A stretch of DNA of 64,000 nucleotides from Bispira polyomma (GCA_965649765.1 OZ287748.1:91574001-91638000), one strand, 5' to 3'; positions 38,900 through 52,199 are shown, counted from the stretch's first letter. Notes: a model not told the origin generated them from the sequence alone. A program made the numbers and translations.

Positions 38900-41800
38900 T
38901 GACTTTTTACCCTTTGCTTTTCTTTAATGATATACTACATCTCACTAAGTCACCCTATTATCTTACCAGTGTGAATATGGATTAAGTTTACAAGAAACAG
39001 AACAGGAGTTTACCAAGTGAAACACAGCTATGTTTTCAGTTAGCAACATTTATATATATATTTTTTTAAATTTTTTATATATATTTATATATATATATAC
39101 ACAACAGTAAAAAATATTAAGATTTCTCTTTTTAACAAAAACAAGAGTTGTCTTTTAAAAATCACAGACATACGTCGATCAAAACTTACACCTCTCAGTT
39201 TGGGCAGGTCGATTGCTTCTAACCAATCCATTAAGGCCTTACATATTATTTCTAAGATGGTGGCGCTCTTTTCTATGATGGTGCTCTTTTCAGAATGAAA
39301 ACAACATCAGGCTGCGCCTAAAAAAACCCATAAACACTGAAACTACAGGATTATTAACAATAATAAAGCTAACAAAATATCATAAATTATTAGCCTGTCT
39401 CATTCTCCGGGGTCAACTTGGTGTTACTCTCATGAATATTAATGAAATAGTCTACCTGATACCCTGAAATTTTAATCCTTTGCAATTGTGCCGAGCTAAT
39501 TAAGGATTAACAGCACTATGACAAAAAAAAATTGTTCTAAAGCTGTTTTGGAAGAAAGTCATTTTATACCTTTTTTGGTGCCTTTTCAATGGAGAAAAAT
39601 AATTTATGGCGTGAAACTGTAGAGGACTAAATGTCATCTCTGTTGAGTCACCTATTTTTTCCTTGTCTTTCCCTTCCTTTGTGTTAGTGTTTGACATGTT
39701 TAACATGTGTCACCTACGTCCTACAATAGAGAGAGTGAAAAAATGTGTCAGTGATCTATTTTTAACCTGATAACTGATCACTTTTTTTCACGCCTAATTA
39801 CCTTTCAACAACCACCATGATTTGTCAATGTATGCCTAATACCAGTTTCGTATTTTAAGTCTTTGCCTTCTCCAAGACAGGATAAGGGCTATTACGTTAT
39901 ATAGACTTCCCTCACTGGAGTTGTTTAAAAATAACAGCACCTATAGTACCTGAATTGTAGTTTCCCAGTTCCTCGGAGTTCAAGGTCAAGATATTTAAGT
40001 TTTGATTAGTAAATAGTACAGAAAACGATTATTAATAGCTACATTAGTAAAATCTTCCAGGTTTTATATACAGTTTCATGGCCATAAGGTCATCATAAAT
40101 TAAAGTTAGTAATTTAATTAAGGTTGACTAAAGGTCAGTCTCAAGTGAGATAAAGTTTTAAAGTTTCCTAGGTGGATCCAGGGGTCAACATCCCCTTTTT
40201 TGTAAAATCATTTTTGGAGCTGCAGAAAACATGCATCCCACTATGTGAGTTAAAAAACATACACAATTGTGGTTGCCTTTTTTGACTGGTACATAATTGT
40301 ATGCTATAAATATCTATAGAACGATGGGTAATTTATTTATTCCTATGGTAAATTGTTAAAGATTATAAAAAAGGACAATTATTGGAGGTATATATCATTT
40401 GCTACTACATTTCCAAGGAAATAAAAGTTACTACATTATTAAGAATAATAACAGTTCAGAGTTATATTTCTTAGCATAAAGTAATTACTTTATCTGCAAC
40501 TTTGCAGAGGTATGCACTTTACTAGAAGCTCTTTTAATTATTCCTTTAATTTTATTATAGTTTTTAAGCATGTATATAGTGCGAAACTGGTTATAATGCA
40601 TCCACTAAGGCAGTGGGTTTCCAAGAAGGGACAGTCTTCCAGCATATCATTGACCAATTACCAGATCTATTCTACAACCAATAAGTCAAACTGGAGGCCA
40701 AGATTTAACTGTTTGAAGAAAAACTTAACAAATTTTAAATAAAATCAGATGGAGGAAAAGAAAAACACTTTTTGAACAAAATAAAACCTAAGACATTTTT
40801 ATTTGGACTGATATTCTTCAGCTAAACATACCTTTCTTGGCCTGTATAGTTCTGTAAAGGTTTTACATCCGACACCATACATACATTTCTGTCAGGGAAA
40901 GCTTTAAAGTTGGCTTTGAACTTTCTGTAAATACTTCTCGTTTAGCAATTAGCCTGAAGGTCTTTGGGCAAATTGAAATTAATGCCCTTGTGTCTGTGTA
41001 TATATCACAAGTCACTTCCCCTACACATCTGATCTTTTCTGGCCTTAAAAAACAAATCTTCTTTGTATGTTCTTTATATATTAATGCAAGTTAACAGGGG
41101 AAAACATTTTGAGAGCAAATAACTAATGATGTAACAAAAGCAAAATGTATAATGTATAATAGACTCATTACGTTTTTTTGTTTTTGTCAGTTTAATTTAA
41201 ATTTATTATTGTAAGCACTCAAATAAAACACACATCTGCATGTACTTTTGATATTGGTTGCTAAAATCAAGGTCTGCACAATGCCATACCAAAATGTTTG
41301 CTTAAAAAGATGTAAACCTGAGGCATGACTTTAGTATATCCTTGAAAACCTCTAAAGCAATAATCTGAAGTGGCAAGTGCGTTATTTTGTCACCAAAGTA
41401 CATCCCCATGTATACTCCATGTAATTTGTTTGCCATCAAGCTTGTAATTTAGTACTTTTGGGGCTCAAACCCTTTTTATCAGGCAAAACATGATATTGTT
41501 TTCATTCTGAAAAGGGTGCCACCATCTTAGAAATTATGTAAGGCCTTCATCGATCCGTTGGAAGTAATGGAACTCTACGTTGGTAGATTTATTGTTATCA
41601 GGCACGTCTATTTGGGGGCCATACCAACATTACTGTATTTCAGACTGTGCACCTGTGTCTTTTTTAAAAGACAACCCTTGTTTGTGTGTGGTACGTATTA
41701 CTCACAATACTATCTATAACATATAGTGATGTCATTGTCATAAATAAGAGTATTAGCAGACAAAGTTTAGAATTAAGCAAATGTCATGGCTTGTGACTAC
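38900..41800 (-). pseudogene. Decayed full-length TLR (psi9)
   Basis: Signal-like KLCLLILLFMTMTSLYV (~41770); ALISICPKTFRLIAKREVF..KPTLKL; FKTLSHLRL; KLKYLDL..VYIT**PLSCL (LRRCT); TIR-like IFFCHS, INIHES, LLTENI..PYSHW*D. Confidence 0.68.
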
Positions 41801-42499
41801 TGATGTATACTATAATCAATTCTAATTCCCAGACTTATCATATTGTACTTCTTGACCTACTGATTTTTGACCATGACATAATACAGCATCTTTGTCCCTC
41901 TTTTTGCAATTATTTTCAGTACTATCATAATGACAGTACTATAACATAATAAAATTTTCACATCATTATAATAGAGTAACACAGAATAGGATGAACTGTA
42001 AAACAAACACTTTTTGGTCCGGTCATTGCCTTATAAATCTAATGTTGTGATATTATCCTTAGGGTTATAGTTTATATAGCTGTAATATGATGATATTTTG
42101 AAAGCTTGTTATTGAACCAACTGATGAAAAATGTTATCAAAACTTGCAGTGGGTACTACATTTAGGCCTTGTGTTATGTTTTTCTGGTTAGTGCCATTTA
42201 GTCTACTGTTATATGACACACACACTATTTATAATTTCAAGCTTACATAACATATTGAATGATGTATTTCATTTTAATTCAGATTCTAACTTTCCTGTTG
42301 GTATATATCAAGACAACAACAGACTATTGCTGTGGTCACACTTGGCTCCTGTTTCGATTACACTCAAAATTTAACAAACAAAAGGTAAAACATAATAAAA
42401 ATGAATATAAAACAAATTTTGCTTATTTAACGTATATATACATAAGCTTTCACAAGTAAAACATAACAAGATCAAAACTAAATGAAATGCGTAAGGGAA

Positions 42500-45029
42500 T
42501 AGTATGGAACGTATCTAAAAAACGTGTAAAAAGTATCCTGTGTGACGGTGCCATTTGCTAGTAACAACCACTTTGCTAACGATTAACCAATTAACTAATC
42601 TATGTATTATATGTGTTATGATGAAATAGCACATGGTTTTGTTATCTCCAAAGCAAATGTGGCACGATTGTGAGTAACTCAAAGCACTAATTGCGCATGA
42701 CCAAGCTATTAGAATTCTCCATGCCAAGTTTGTATTGGTGGCAAGTTAGGAACAAAGAAAACAGTACTATAATGTAAAGATTTTTTTACTTTCTTATGTA
42801 CGGTTAAAACCTGATACATTTATGATATCCCTGTATCTGCATTCCATTAGTATTTATCTGGTAATACAGCGCCCAACAATCAATAATCAGATGCTAACAG
42901 ATAGTTATAGAGAAAAAATAACAAACAACAAACCTACATGCATCTTAATCTTATATATATGATCTGCCTCTCTGTTAACAAAACTTACTTGGGAAGTAAA
43001 TACTGGTGTAAACAAACGTATATTTCTTAGGGCATCAAAGTCATCAGCAATCAGTAACCACATAGCTAAAGTCTAGTATAGAGATAAACATATACAAAAA
43101 CTGTGTGTTATATTTTAATAATCGAGTGTAAAAAGTTCTTTCTTTGCTACCTGTTATGTACAGCATGAATCTACCGGATAACAAAGCTTGAAAAACCATA
43201 TACAGACTTGCAATAAATTATAGATGCATTGAAATTTAAATTATTAAATACAAACATATATATGCATGTTTGTCAAACTAAAACCTTAACCTAATCATCT
43301 ATCACTTGTGAATATGGATCTACAGAGTATATTTCATGTTCAGGTAATATTGTCACAGGTCTACAGAAATGCATGTCTGCACCAATCTACCTGGCCTGTT
43401 TGTAGGATGCGATCTTGGTAACAGCTTTCTGAAACCAGTGTACTTAAATAACCCCTGCATCTGAGTGAGATAGAAACCATGCTAACCTGAGACTAATTTG
43501 TTCTTCTTTTTAGCCAAATGCATATGTCTATATAATTGCTTTGTTTGTGAATAACATGGTTAAGTTAACAAACTACAATGGTATCAAAAGGATTGGTTTA
43601 CATGTGTCTTACATAATTCATGAATATATAGACCATGTGGTGTTCTAACCATCCCTTTATACAGGGTCATATTAATTATAAGCAACAGTTTTAGGAGAAG
43701 TGCCCTTCTTTTTAGCCATAAAAAGGTCAGTGAACTTTTAGTACAGTGGCTGTATATTTTCCACAACAAATATCAAACTCGACTCAAAGTCCAGCTCAAA
43801 TTTGATATATCCATGTTTCTTTATAGGATGACATTAATTAAAATCTGACTGCATATTTTGAAGTCAGAGCTGAAAGCTCTTCTAACATGAATAGTTACAA
43901 GTATAGGTTTGTTCTATTTATAGGGACTTCCACATTGCCTGCATTGGAGAAGTCTGAGTTTAAGCTTGGGTTTCTTTGGATAATATAGGCCCAGACGTTT
44001 CAAGGTGCCATATAAAAACTGAGTGTAGCTGAAGTTATAGTTGTATCTAAACAAACAAACAAACATCTAGCAATGTAATGGATCCGAAACATGAGGTTAT
44101 GAACAAATTATGAATCAAGAAAAGGAACAAAATGGTCATTGTTGGGTGAAAGGTTTTCTTAGCTGGAAAAAAAATTGCAAGATGATATTCCTTGTTTGTA
44201 TCTTGTCAGAACTGAAACAAAGACTTGTTTGCTCACATATTAGAGTTGAAATACTGTAAGGGACATGATATGTTAAACATTTGCACAATGTTTTAAAAAT
44301 AAATTTTAATAACTTCCTTTTAAAGGCTGCAAGATTTTAGAAATGTAGACCCATTTACTATTGCAAATTGGAAATCTGTATCTTCTAGGAAATATTTTCC
44401 TTTACTTGAATGATGCATACGAAAAATGAAAAGTTGGATGCATTTGGGGCTATAATATTTAGTTCTTTCTTTATATTATGGTTTGTCCTAGGTTGCGTGT
44501 TGCCAATGTTCTTTTGAGCCCCACATACTATATACACATTAGAAACAACTTATATATAATACAATATAAATTCCCAAAGCCTAGGACAAAGGCGGGTTAC
44601 GCAACATACATTTGATGGATTCTTGTGAGCAGCATAAAAATGTATTATATTGCTATGGCCTCAAAACAAGTAAATCTCTCCTTCTTATTTTTATTTGTCG
44701 TTATTAGCAACAGGCATAGTCCATTTATATTACTAGAGATGTAGGACCAAATCTGCTAGAGTAATGTTGTAAGTAGAATACCAATTGCTGATCATCTGTA
44801 ACTGATAGTGATGCTAGAGTATTCACTAAAACATGCATCCGTCTATTGGAGATAGATATTGTGATGATAACAGTTACAGATACATCTTTATCAGACATAC
44901 TGGGTTAACTGACATAATGGTCCATTTTGTAACACAATAATAACATCACTGCCATTCCTACTATCATTTCTACTATCAGATACTTCCTTCTCTGACATAC
45001 TGAGACAATGGTGAAGATCCAGCAGAAAC
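42500..45029 (-). pseudogene. Decayed full-length TLR (psi10)
   Basis: Splice acceptor ttgtatttag|G at 45030 (also kept at 59365); LSSQYLSPIDGCMF/SEY; LRRCT FTLDY*N..FCICLSLY*TLAMWL; TM GLLFVIFSL*LSVSI*LLIV; TIR-like HICFGDNK..IITHII..SKVVVTSKW. Confidence 0.72.
43745..43993. mobile_element. Old MITE (also 58040-58275)
   Basis: Degenerate inverted ends GGCTGTATATTTTCCA / TGGATAATATAGGCCC with inner AACTC..GAGTT symmetry. Confidence 0.5.
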
Positions 45030-45339
45030 CTAAATACAACATGTATATAGAATAAAAATTATATAACCTTAGTAGTATTATTGGAAACGTTTAGCACCCC
45101 TATTGATATACCATATTTTAAGGCACTGATTCTTCAAAAAGAATAGTCCAGCAACATAAGCCTTTGTTATCAGTACATGGTCACAACCTGATGAACTCAC
45201 ATCTTGTCCAAGGGTATTAATCGCCAATAAACCAAACAGTATATCAGCGAGGAATTAAACAGAGGACCTTTCGGATCACCAGACAGGGAATCAAATTAGG
45301 GGGGCTTTCTGATCACCTGAAAAAAAAACGAATTCAGTA

Positions 45340-47500
45340 CTTGTTCCATTCAGTATTATCACTACTTCTGATGTGCTTTTCCTTGTTGAAAGCCAGGTCA
45401 CACCTACACTTGCTAGAGCTACGTTTGTGTAACGTTTTTAACAGTTTTGAAACATAGTAAAAGGTACTGCCAAAGTGAGGATTCCTGGCGAGTTCATTCT
45501 GTGACGTTGCTTAACGGATTATATCATTCCGGAAACGTCTCTGTTTAGTCGGCTGCCACAATTACTTTGAACTATTTGAAATAATTGTGGCAGACCTCTC
45601 CGTTTCTTGAGGACATCTCCACTAGTCTGTATAAGTAGCATAACTTAGCAGTGAGTAGAAGTAAGTAGTAGTAGGTAATACCCCGTCTGTATTCGTCATA
45701 GAACGTTTTTTTAAGTATCAGAATGCAGCAGAATGCAGCCGTAGGTAGCAGTGCATTAGCTCTACGAAGTAGTAGATAGTGATAACTTTACTAGTAAATG
45801 TTCGATGTTTGCCACACCCCCCCCCCCCCCCCACCCCCCACACCCCCCACCCCCACCCCCTCTTCATGTGTAAAAGTACTAACATCGTCACAAAACGTCA
45901 CAAAACTGTCACAATCGACTTCCTCTTTATGAAAATGACGAAACTTTGACATGAAACTTCCACCGTTTCAGTTTATATGGCTTTGCTACGTTGGCGGACG
46001 TTTGCACATGTAGGTGTGACCTGGCTTTTACAAATTGTACCATGCCAAATACACATGACGTTCATATTCATGGAATGCTAATATGTTTACAAATAAGACC
46101 ACAGTTTGTATCATATTCAATTAGGGTCAAGACTGATAGAAATTTAAAATGTTTACAAGTGGATTATAATTTACAACAACACCAGATTGACATTAGCCAC
46201 ATGTGAAATACTTAACGTCAAAACTACCATCATAAGTCTTTTGAAGTTTGTTAACAAATGTATGTGTAACATAAACTAACCAATTTCCTGCTGTGGGTGT
46301 GTGATAAAATGGTGTGTTATCAAATATAGGGATTATAAATAGCTCTGTTTTTTAACTTCTTTTAATTATAAGCCAACAGAATCTAATCTTTTAGAAGCCT
46401 GTTATTGTCACTTAGCAGATGATATCCTTGTACACAAATGTCTCTCTTTTTGTCTTTTTTTTCTTGACGAGACAAAATCATTTAACCCACGCATTTGAAA
46501 GGGATGGGGCTAACATGAGTACGAAGGGCACTGGCTTAATGAAATATGGATATTGAATGATACAGAAATAAAAAAAAACTTCATAGAAATACTTTGTTTA
46601 TAGTAACACTGACAGCTGTTTTTGTTACTTATAGTCATTATCTCAATATTTTATCGGCTTCAGAAATCTAGGAAAAATACTTTGTTATACATCGCCTAAT
46701 TACGTCATAGAGATGCTTTACCAACAAAAAAGATATGGCCATAGCTTTACATTTGAATGATAAAGACCTGTCACAAACACATCATTTATAACTCAAAGTC
46801 TTGGTATTCAAATGCAAAAACCTTGTTTAGGTAAAAAAACAATGGGGGGGGGGGGGCTATATTCCCCTTATCTGAGGCACTGCATAAATAGGCTAGATTA
46901 AATTACAGTTTGTAGGGCAGCATAGAGACTACTTCAATGCTTAAAGCCTAGTGGAAGACGGCACTGCGGATTATCCATTGTTTCACTTGCATTATATTGT
47001 CTAATGTGACTGAAATAAAAATAAAAATCTACATATTATTTTTTTTAAGCAGAGATATCAGAAACTACTAGGTTATTTTAGCTGTTTGTCTGGTATGAAG
47101 TGGAAAATGCTAGCAAGTTGCAGAATATGTAAACTTATATTCACTGAACATTGCGGCACAGATATTTATACCATCAAATCCCCTTTATATCAGTATACCC
47201 TTAAAGTTTACTGACAATTCAGTCCTACCTTTGCTTTTGGCAGGACATCTCAGAGGGCCGTCATTATAAATATTGTGGATTTGCTTTCATGTCACTAGCC
47301 TCTCATGTGTAAAAGGTACCTGTTGTCAGTGATTATAATAGTCAGTCAGGAAAAGGTAGAGTTTCACTTGGCCCCTCGTGCTAGAGGTAAAGCAGTAAAT
47401 TGTGTGATATTTGATTCTAAATCATTACCGTTGAATACTTAAACAGCGCCCATGATACTAAGGACTAGGTTAGTACCAATTGGGATAAATAAAATGCAAC
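45340..47500 (+). pseudogene. Decayed TLR (psi11), deletion chimera of psi6 and psi7 paralogs
   Basis: Matches 26750-28206 up to 47308, then 33411-33600 from ~47337; LRR RNLKCLQVDYN. Confidence 0.58.
45390..46027. mobile_element. Second PIF/Harbinger MITE copy, inverted relative to 35993-36636
   Basis: TIR AAGCCAGGTCACACCTACA; flanks TGA and TTA; internal 45900-45950 is the reverse complement of 36070-36120; contains a C-run expansion at 45813-45860. Confidence 0.9.
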
Positions 47501-48149
47501 CATAAAATTGATAATAAATAAATATACAGACACTGTACAGATCGACCTTACGAAATGTATCAAAAGGTATTAGGCTAACAATGTATTGGGCTGAAACCCT
47601 CATCAATTCTAAGATGTACTGGGGTAAAACCCAGATGAACTTTAATATGTATTAGGTGAACATACATTTACTTAATATTGGGTTAAAAGGATTAATTTAA
47701 TATGTATTGAGATAAACACACATAAATTCAATATTTATTGAGCTAAAATTCACACAAATTTTGAGAGATGGAGTAGGAAAAAACTGACACATATTGTACA
47801 GACTTTTATCTAATGTAATATGTACTCATACCCTTTAGTATACTGATTCATAAAATTTAATATTTAATTGAGATGCAAAATTATGGTTCAGCATCATTTT
47901 CAACAGATATGTATTATATCGCAATTGGAAATTTACTGATTGAGGAAACCAGACCTTTGAAATATATGCATAAAATGAGGCCCCTAAAGGCCAGCTCAGA
48001 TCCACAATTACTCTGGCTTGAATCTAGTAAGAAATGGTGACATGTGTACGTCAGGTACAGGTAAAGTTTCACCCGGACCTACAGTGGCTCTCAATATGAT
48101 TTGCAAGTGATGTTCCACATCATGTGGACTACTTTTGATAACCGGACTA

Positions 48150-50410
48150 TGATTACATCAGAAATACTATTCAAGTGAGCAATCTCACTAGGAATGCATT
48201 TTAGCTATTTCAGCTAATTGTAAAAATTTTAACTGGTGCTGATGTTTTAGGTAAAGATAGCCAATAGTGAAACTTCTTCAGTATAAATTTTCCAGTGAAA
48301 GTTCAGTGAAATCATTAATTAGTAAACTTTTCTTGCAACAAACAGTTCCAATCATACAGTACAGTCTTTTTACAATAGAGTAGGCATATGGATCAACTAA
48401 GTAGTTCATAAATATGCAATGTGGTCCTTTCTTAAAATGATACATGGTAAATAATTGATAGTAGTAATAACTCAAATCTGAGTTGCAAGTAAAAAAAATC
48501 AAAGACAGCAAGTTTCTAGACAAAAACTATACCAGTAAAACATTCTGCTCTACCTTTTTACAATTACCAAGGTGTTTTTCTAGAAGCCAGGTGTTGCATT
48601 AATTAAGTCTGAAGAAGAAAGAGGTGACAACATTATCTAATTTTTTAAGCCATTTGGACACATTTGTAAATTAATTGGATTCCTAAATTATCACAATTTT
48701 CTTAGAAAAGAAAACACCATAGAAGCCATTTTTTCAAGGCCAATTTCCCATTTGTCTGAAAATGGGAGTTCACTTTGCATTTAAATCAGACGTTGAAAGC
48801 ATGTATCCTGGTTACCATATGTGGCATGTATAGGATAATGTTATTAACAAGTACAACATGGCCAAGTTTGAAGGAAAAACTAATGACATCTGTACAATTT
48901 GATGTGTTAGGCTGTTCTCTTTTCAACATGTGTGCGAAAAAACTATTTATTATTACATTTCAATCAGGAATAATTTTTCTATATTCTTCTATTCAAAACA
49001 ATAATTCTTTTTGCAAATAACAGTTTATGCACTTCTTATAATATTAACCATATGGTATTTAGCCTTGTTGAAGCTATGGTATCTTTTGGTTTAAGATTAT
49101 TCACAGTTGCAAGGCTCCCAGGCTTCAGAAAAAACCTTCAAAACACATCTGTATTAACTCGCTTTTCTGTCTGGTCATGACTGAATTCTGATCACGAAAC
49201 TTTTCTTCTATCGAACAATTTCTTCGCATACTGATTGGGATGTATGCCACAAAGGATGCCTCGATTGTGGAGCTTAAAAAGTAATAACATTAAAAAAATA
49301 CTTAATTTTACAAAAGACAAATCTTACCTCTGCCAAAGAGGTGATGTTTACCCATGTTGGGTGGTTAGTTTATATTTTCCATTTAGTGTCACCTGGATTA
49401 CCCAAGAAACTGTTAAACAGAGTTTAACATATCAATGTTAGGTCATGGACCCTTAACAAATTCATAGAATTTTCCAATGGGCCACAGGAAGAAGAGTGGA
49501 TCCAGAAATTTGGTTACCCACTTTTTTTGTGTTGCACTGCCTTGGCGAAGGTATGCGCTCCCTCTACTGAGTGCCATTCTAGAGATTGCTAACAAACACT
49601 TTTAGAAGTGCTTTATTATGTCCTGCTTTTCCTGTCGGCCTATTGTTTAATGGGGCACCCACCAGTTCAATATTTTAGTAATCATACTAGCAAGTGTTCT
49701 CTGTAAGTCTCATTAGTTGTGGTAAGCCTGCCTATGCATCTTTAAATACCAGCTGTATGCAATAGGGAGAGTCAACAACAAAACAACAACATGAACATCT
49801 AAATAGATCTGGTTTTGTCTGTATAATAGCTGGCATTATCCAGGGTAAAGTTTTATGATTTAAAATAGTAGTGATTCTAATTACACAAAAATATGTTGAA
49901 GAAAATGAAGATAAAAAACCAGCTCACGGAACAGAATTTAAGCTACTTTGGTGTTAATTAAAGACCTTGGTGTATTCAGTTTAGTATTAGGCCATGCTTA
50001 CTGGAGATCTTCTTTTATACCTAATTTTTATGGAGGCAATACATTACTTGATTGATCTATCCAAACAAGATTAAAGCTAAAATGAAAAAAAAATTGTACA
50101 TAATTGAGAAGAAAGAGAAAAAAATAACGCTCACTAGAAAATATTGTCTGGTGATGCATTTTAAGCTTTAAAACAGTTTAAGTCAAAAGCTTGATTTAAT
50201 CTCCAAAAAAAGAAACAATTTACAATTAATTTTAGTAATTCTAGCCGGTCCATGTGAGTTTTAGTGATCACCTATCACAATGTAGTATGCCCATGCGTAC
50301 TGCATGGGATATTTTAATAAGGAAATATTCTTGAGTCTTGATTATTGTTACATATATCAAATTTCTTTTACACATGTAAATATGATAGTGCTATATGCCA
50401 TGTAACAACT
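48150..50410 (+). pseudogene. Decayed TLR (psi12), paralog of psi8
   Basis: LVNFSCNKQF..ICNVVL; MPRLWSLKSNNIKKI; LRRCT VTWITQETV..TYQC; TM ILVIILASVLCK; TIR-like NSSD, FIPNFYGGNTLLD*SI, NILES*. Confidence 0.68.
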
Positions 50411-50599
50411 TATGTTTTAATACCTCCGCCCTGTAAAAAATAATTTCCTGGACCTTGCCTTTCACTAGAGCTGTTCCGAATCGGGCAAAACTCGTTGGGC
50501 GATAATTGAAGCGTACATTGATTCTTGCAATTAATTACTGCTTAAGGTTGCACACATGTAAAACCAAAACAAAACAACTCCTACATACTCCCCCTACAT

Positions 50600-51600
50600 C
50601 ATATCTGTAGCTTAATAACTGACAAAATAGTACCTAATTTTTGATAGATTTTATATACATTAGTCACAATATTGTTTCTGAGATTGGTAAAATACTAAAT
50701 TTTGGAAAGCATAGGAGGAGTGTATACTTAAGCCCACAGAACTTCATGTACAATAGAAAAATCGCATGTTTGTATCAAACAACCTTCAATATGAATGTCC
50801 AAAATTACAGATATGGAACTTTTCACTAACTTTTGTACTAACTTTTCATACAATTCTTGAATGAACATTGGGTATATTGGGAGTGGAACATTTGTTAAAT
50901 TGGACGTAAAAATAGACAAAACTATTCCTTTATAGGCCACTGAACTATTGGATTCTTATCTCGTCGAAGGCCCAAAGTAATCAAAAGATTTAACCTATTC
51001 ACTGGACATAACCTAGCTATGCCAAGCCTGGTTACACCACTACTGCCAATACTGTGGTAGGTTATACAAGTTTTGTGAAACTTCAATTGGGTCTAAAACT
51101 TAAACACCTTAAACTAAACCAAATATAAACATATGTTGTGATGCATACACCGTGTTTATGTTTTATAGAATATTAAAACATGATTTAATCACTGTTAGAA
51201 AGATTAGTAGGAAAGATCAAATTTAATTTGATAACTGTGTGTGCTGTATTGTTGCAACTATATTATAGGTAAAATGCAGACTTTGCGCTCAAATCAGTTA
51301 AGGCTTGACTAAAGGGGAAATGTACATGACAACAACCTCAACTCATGTGACCAAATAATTATAGTAGAGCTTTAACTACTGCATGTAGATAGGCAGCCAT
51401 ATTTATTTTTAGCTATGTAATATTAAATCAATAGAAGTTTGATTCTGATTGAGGCTGAGCTTATTTTAAAGTAGGTCATGTTTCCCCTAACCTAAGATAT
51501 TTAAGAAACATTTTACACTATCTCTCAAATTCAATAACTATAAAAATGGCAAATACTTTTGTTACTAGATATCTGGCCTACTAAAAATTAATTAATATTT
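50600..51600 (+). pseudogene. LRR (TLR-like) fragment present only in unit B (psi13)
   Basis: FIYISHNIVSEI, NFMYNRKIACLYQTTF, NIGYIGSGTFVKL. Absent from unit A at ~38655. Confidence 0.55.
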
Positions 51601-51656
51601 ACTAATAATTCAAATTGTCTTGGCTATCGTACACTGGTACATTCATATTATGCATG

Positions 51657-51910
51657 TTTTTTTTAAATTTGGATATTTAACGTCCACTCTAGTACCTGTT
51701 TAGGTTATATTGGGACAGGTGGTTGGAAACGCTGAAGGAAACACTGCATACAGTTGATCAAGGTTCTGCACTGAAACCAGTGTCCCACAGTAAGGAACTA
51801 CCACCTTTCCCACATAGGCATCGACGGGATTCGAACTCACACTGCCCAGAGGTGAGAGACCAGTGATTGTGAAGCGCAATGCTTGCTAACCACTAGGCCA
51901 CTGCGGCCCC
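51657..51910 (-). mobile_element. SINE family 1 copy
   Basis: Close match to 7568-7821; 13-bp TSD CATATT(A/G)TG(C/T)ATG at 51644 and 51911. Confidence 0.93.
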
Positions 51911-52199
51911 CATATTGTGTATGGAACAATTAGCAAGATCACATTTTAACTCTTTTAAGGCAGACCAGAAATAATAGGTAAAACGAACGGTCTTGGTCTA
52001 CATGACACAAACATAGTTTCTGTCAGACAGAACCAGAAAGTTTTTAACATAACATTTATAACCTCTGAAAATTCTTAATGCTAATTTTGTCACATTATTA
52101 AATACAAAAAAGTCTTACTGTATGAGTCTCCACACTGACTTCATGTGAATGTTTTGATGTTACAACTCCTCAATATTTTCCCTTTGTTTTCTTTTGTGA

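Larger units (their letters stand above)
26750..45330 (+). repeat. Segmental duplication unit A (~18.6 kb with insertions)
   Basis: Colinear similarity to 45340-59670 along its length (e.g. 27350~46475, 37640~49620, 39240~52475, 44880~59220). Confidence 0.95.

Noticed and set aside
40860-41030. C/D or H/ACA snoRNA
   Set aside because: No convincing RUGAUGA box or correctly spaced H and ACA boxes on either strand.
27600-45030. Spliced multi-exon gene on the minus strand (several GTAAG donors, e.g. 27604, 37682, 38032)
   Set aside because: Most candidate exons have stops or copy-specific frameshifts and no consistent chain emerged; decayed intronless TLRs explain the sequence better.
45813-45860. 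Functional G-quadruplex
   Set aside because: Private C-run expansion inside one MITE copy; absent from the other copy.
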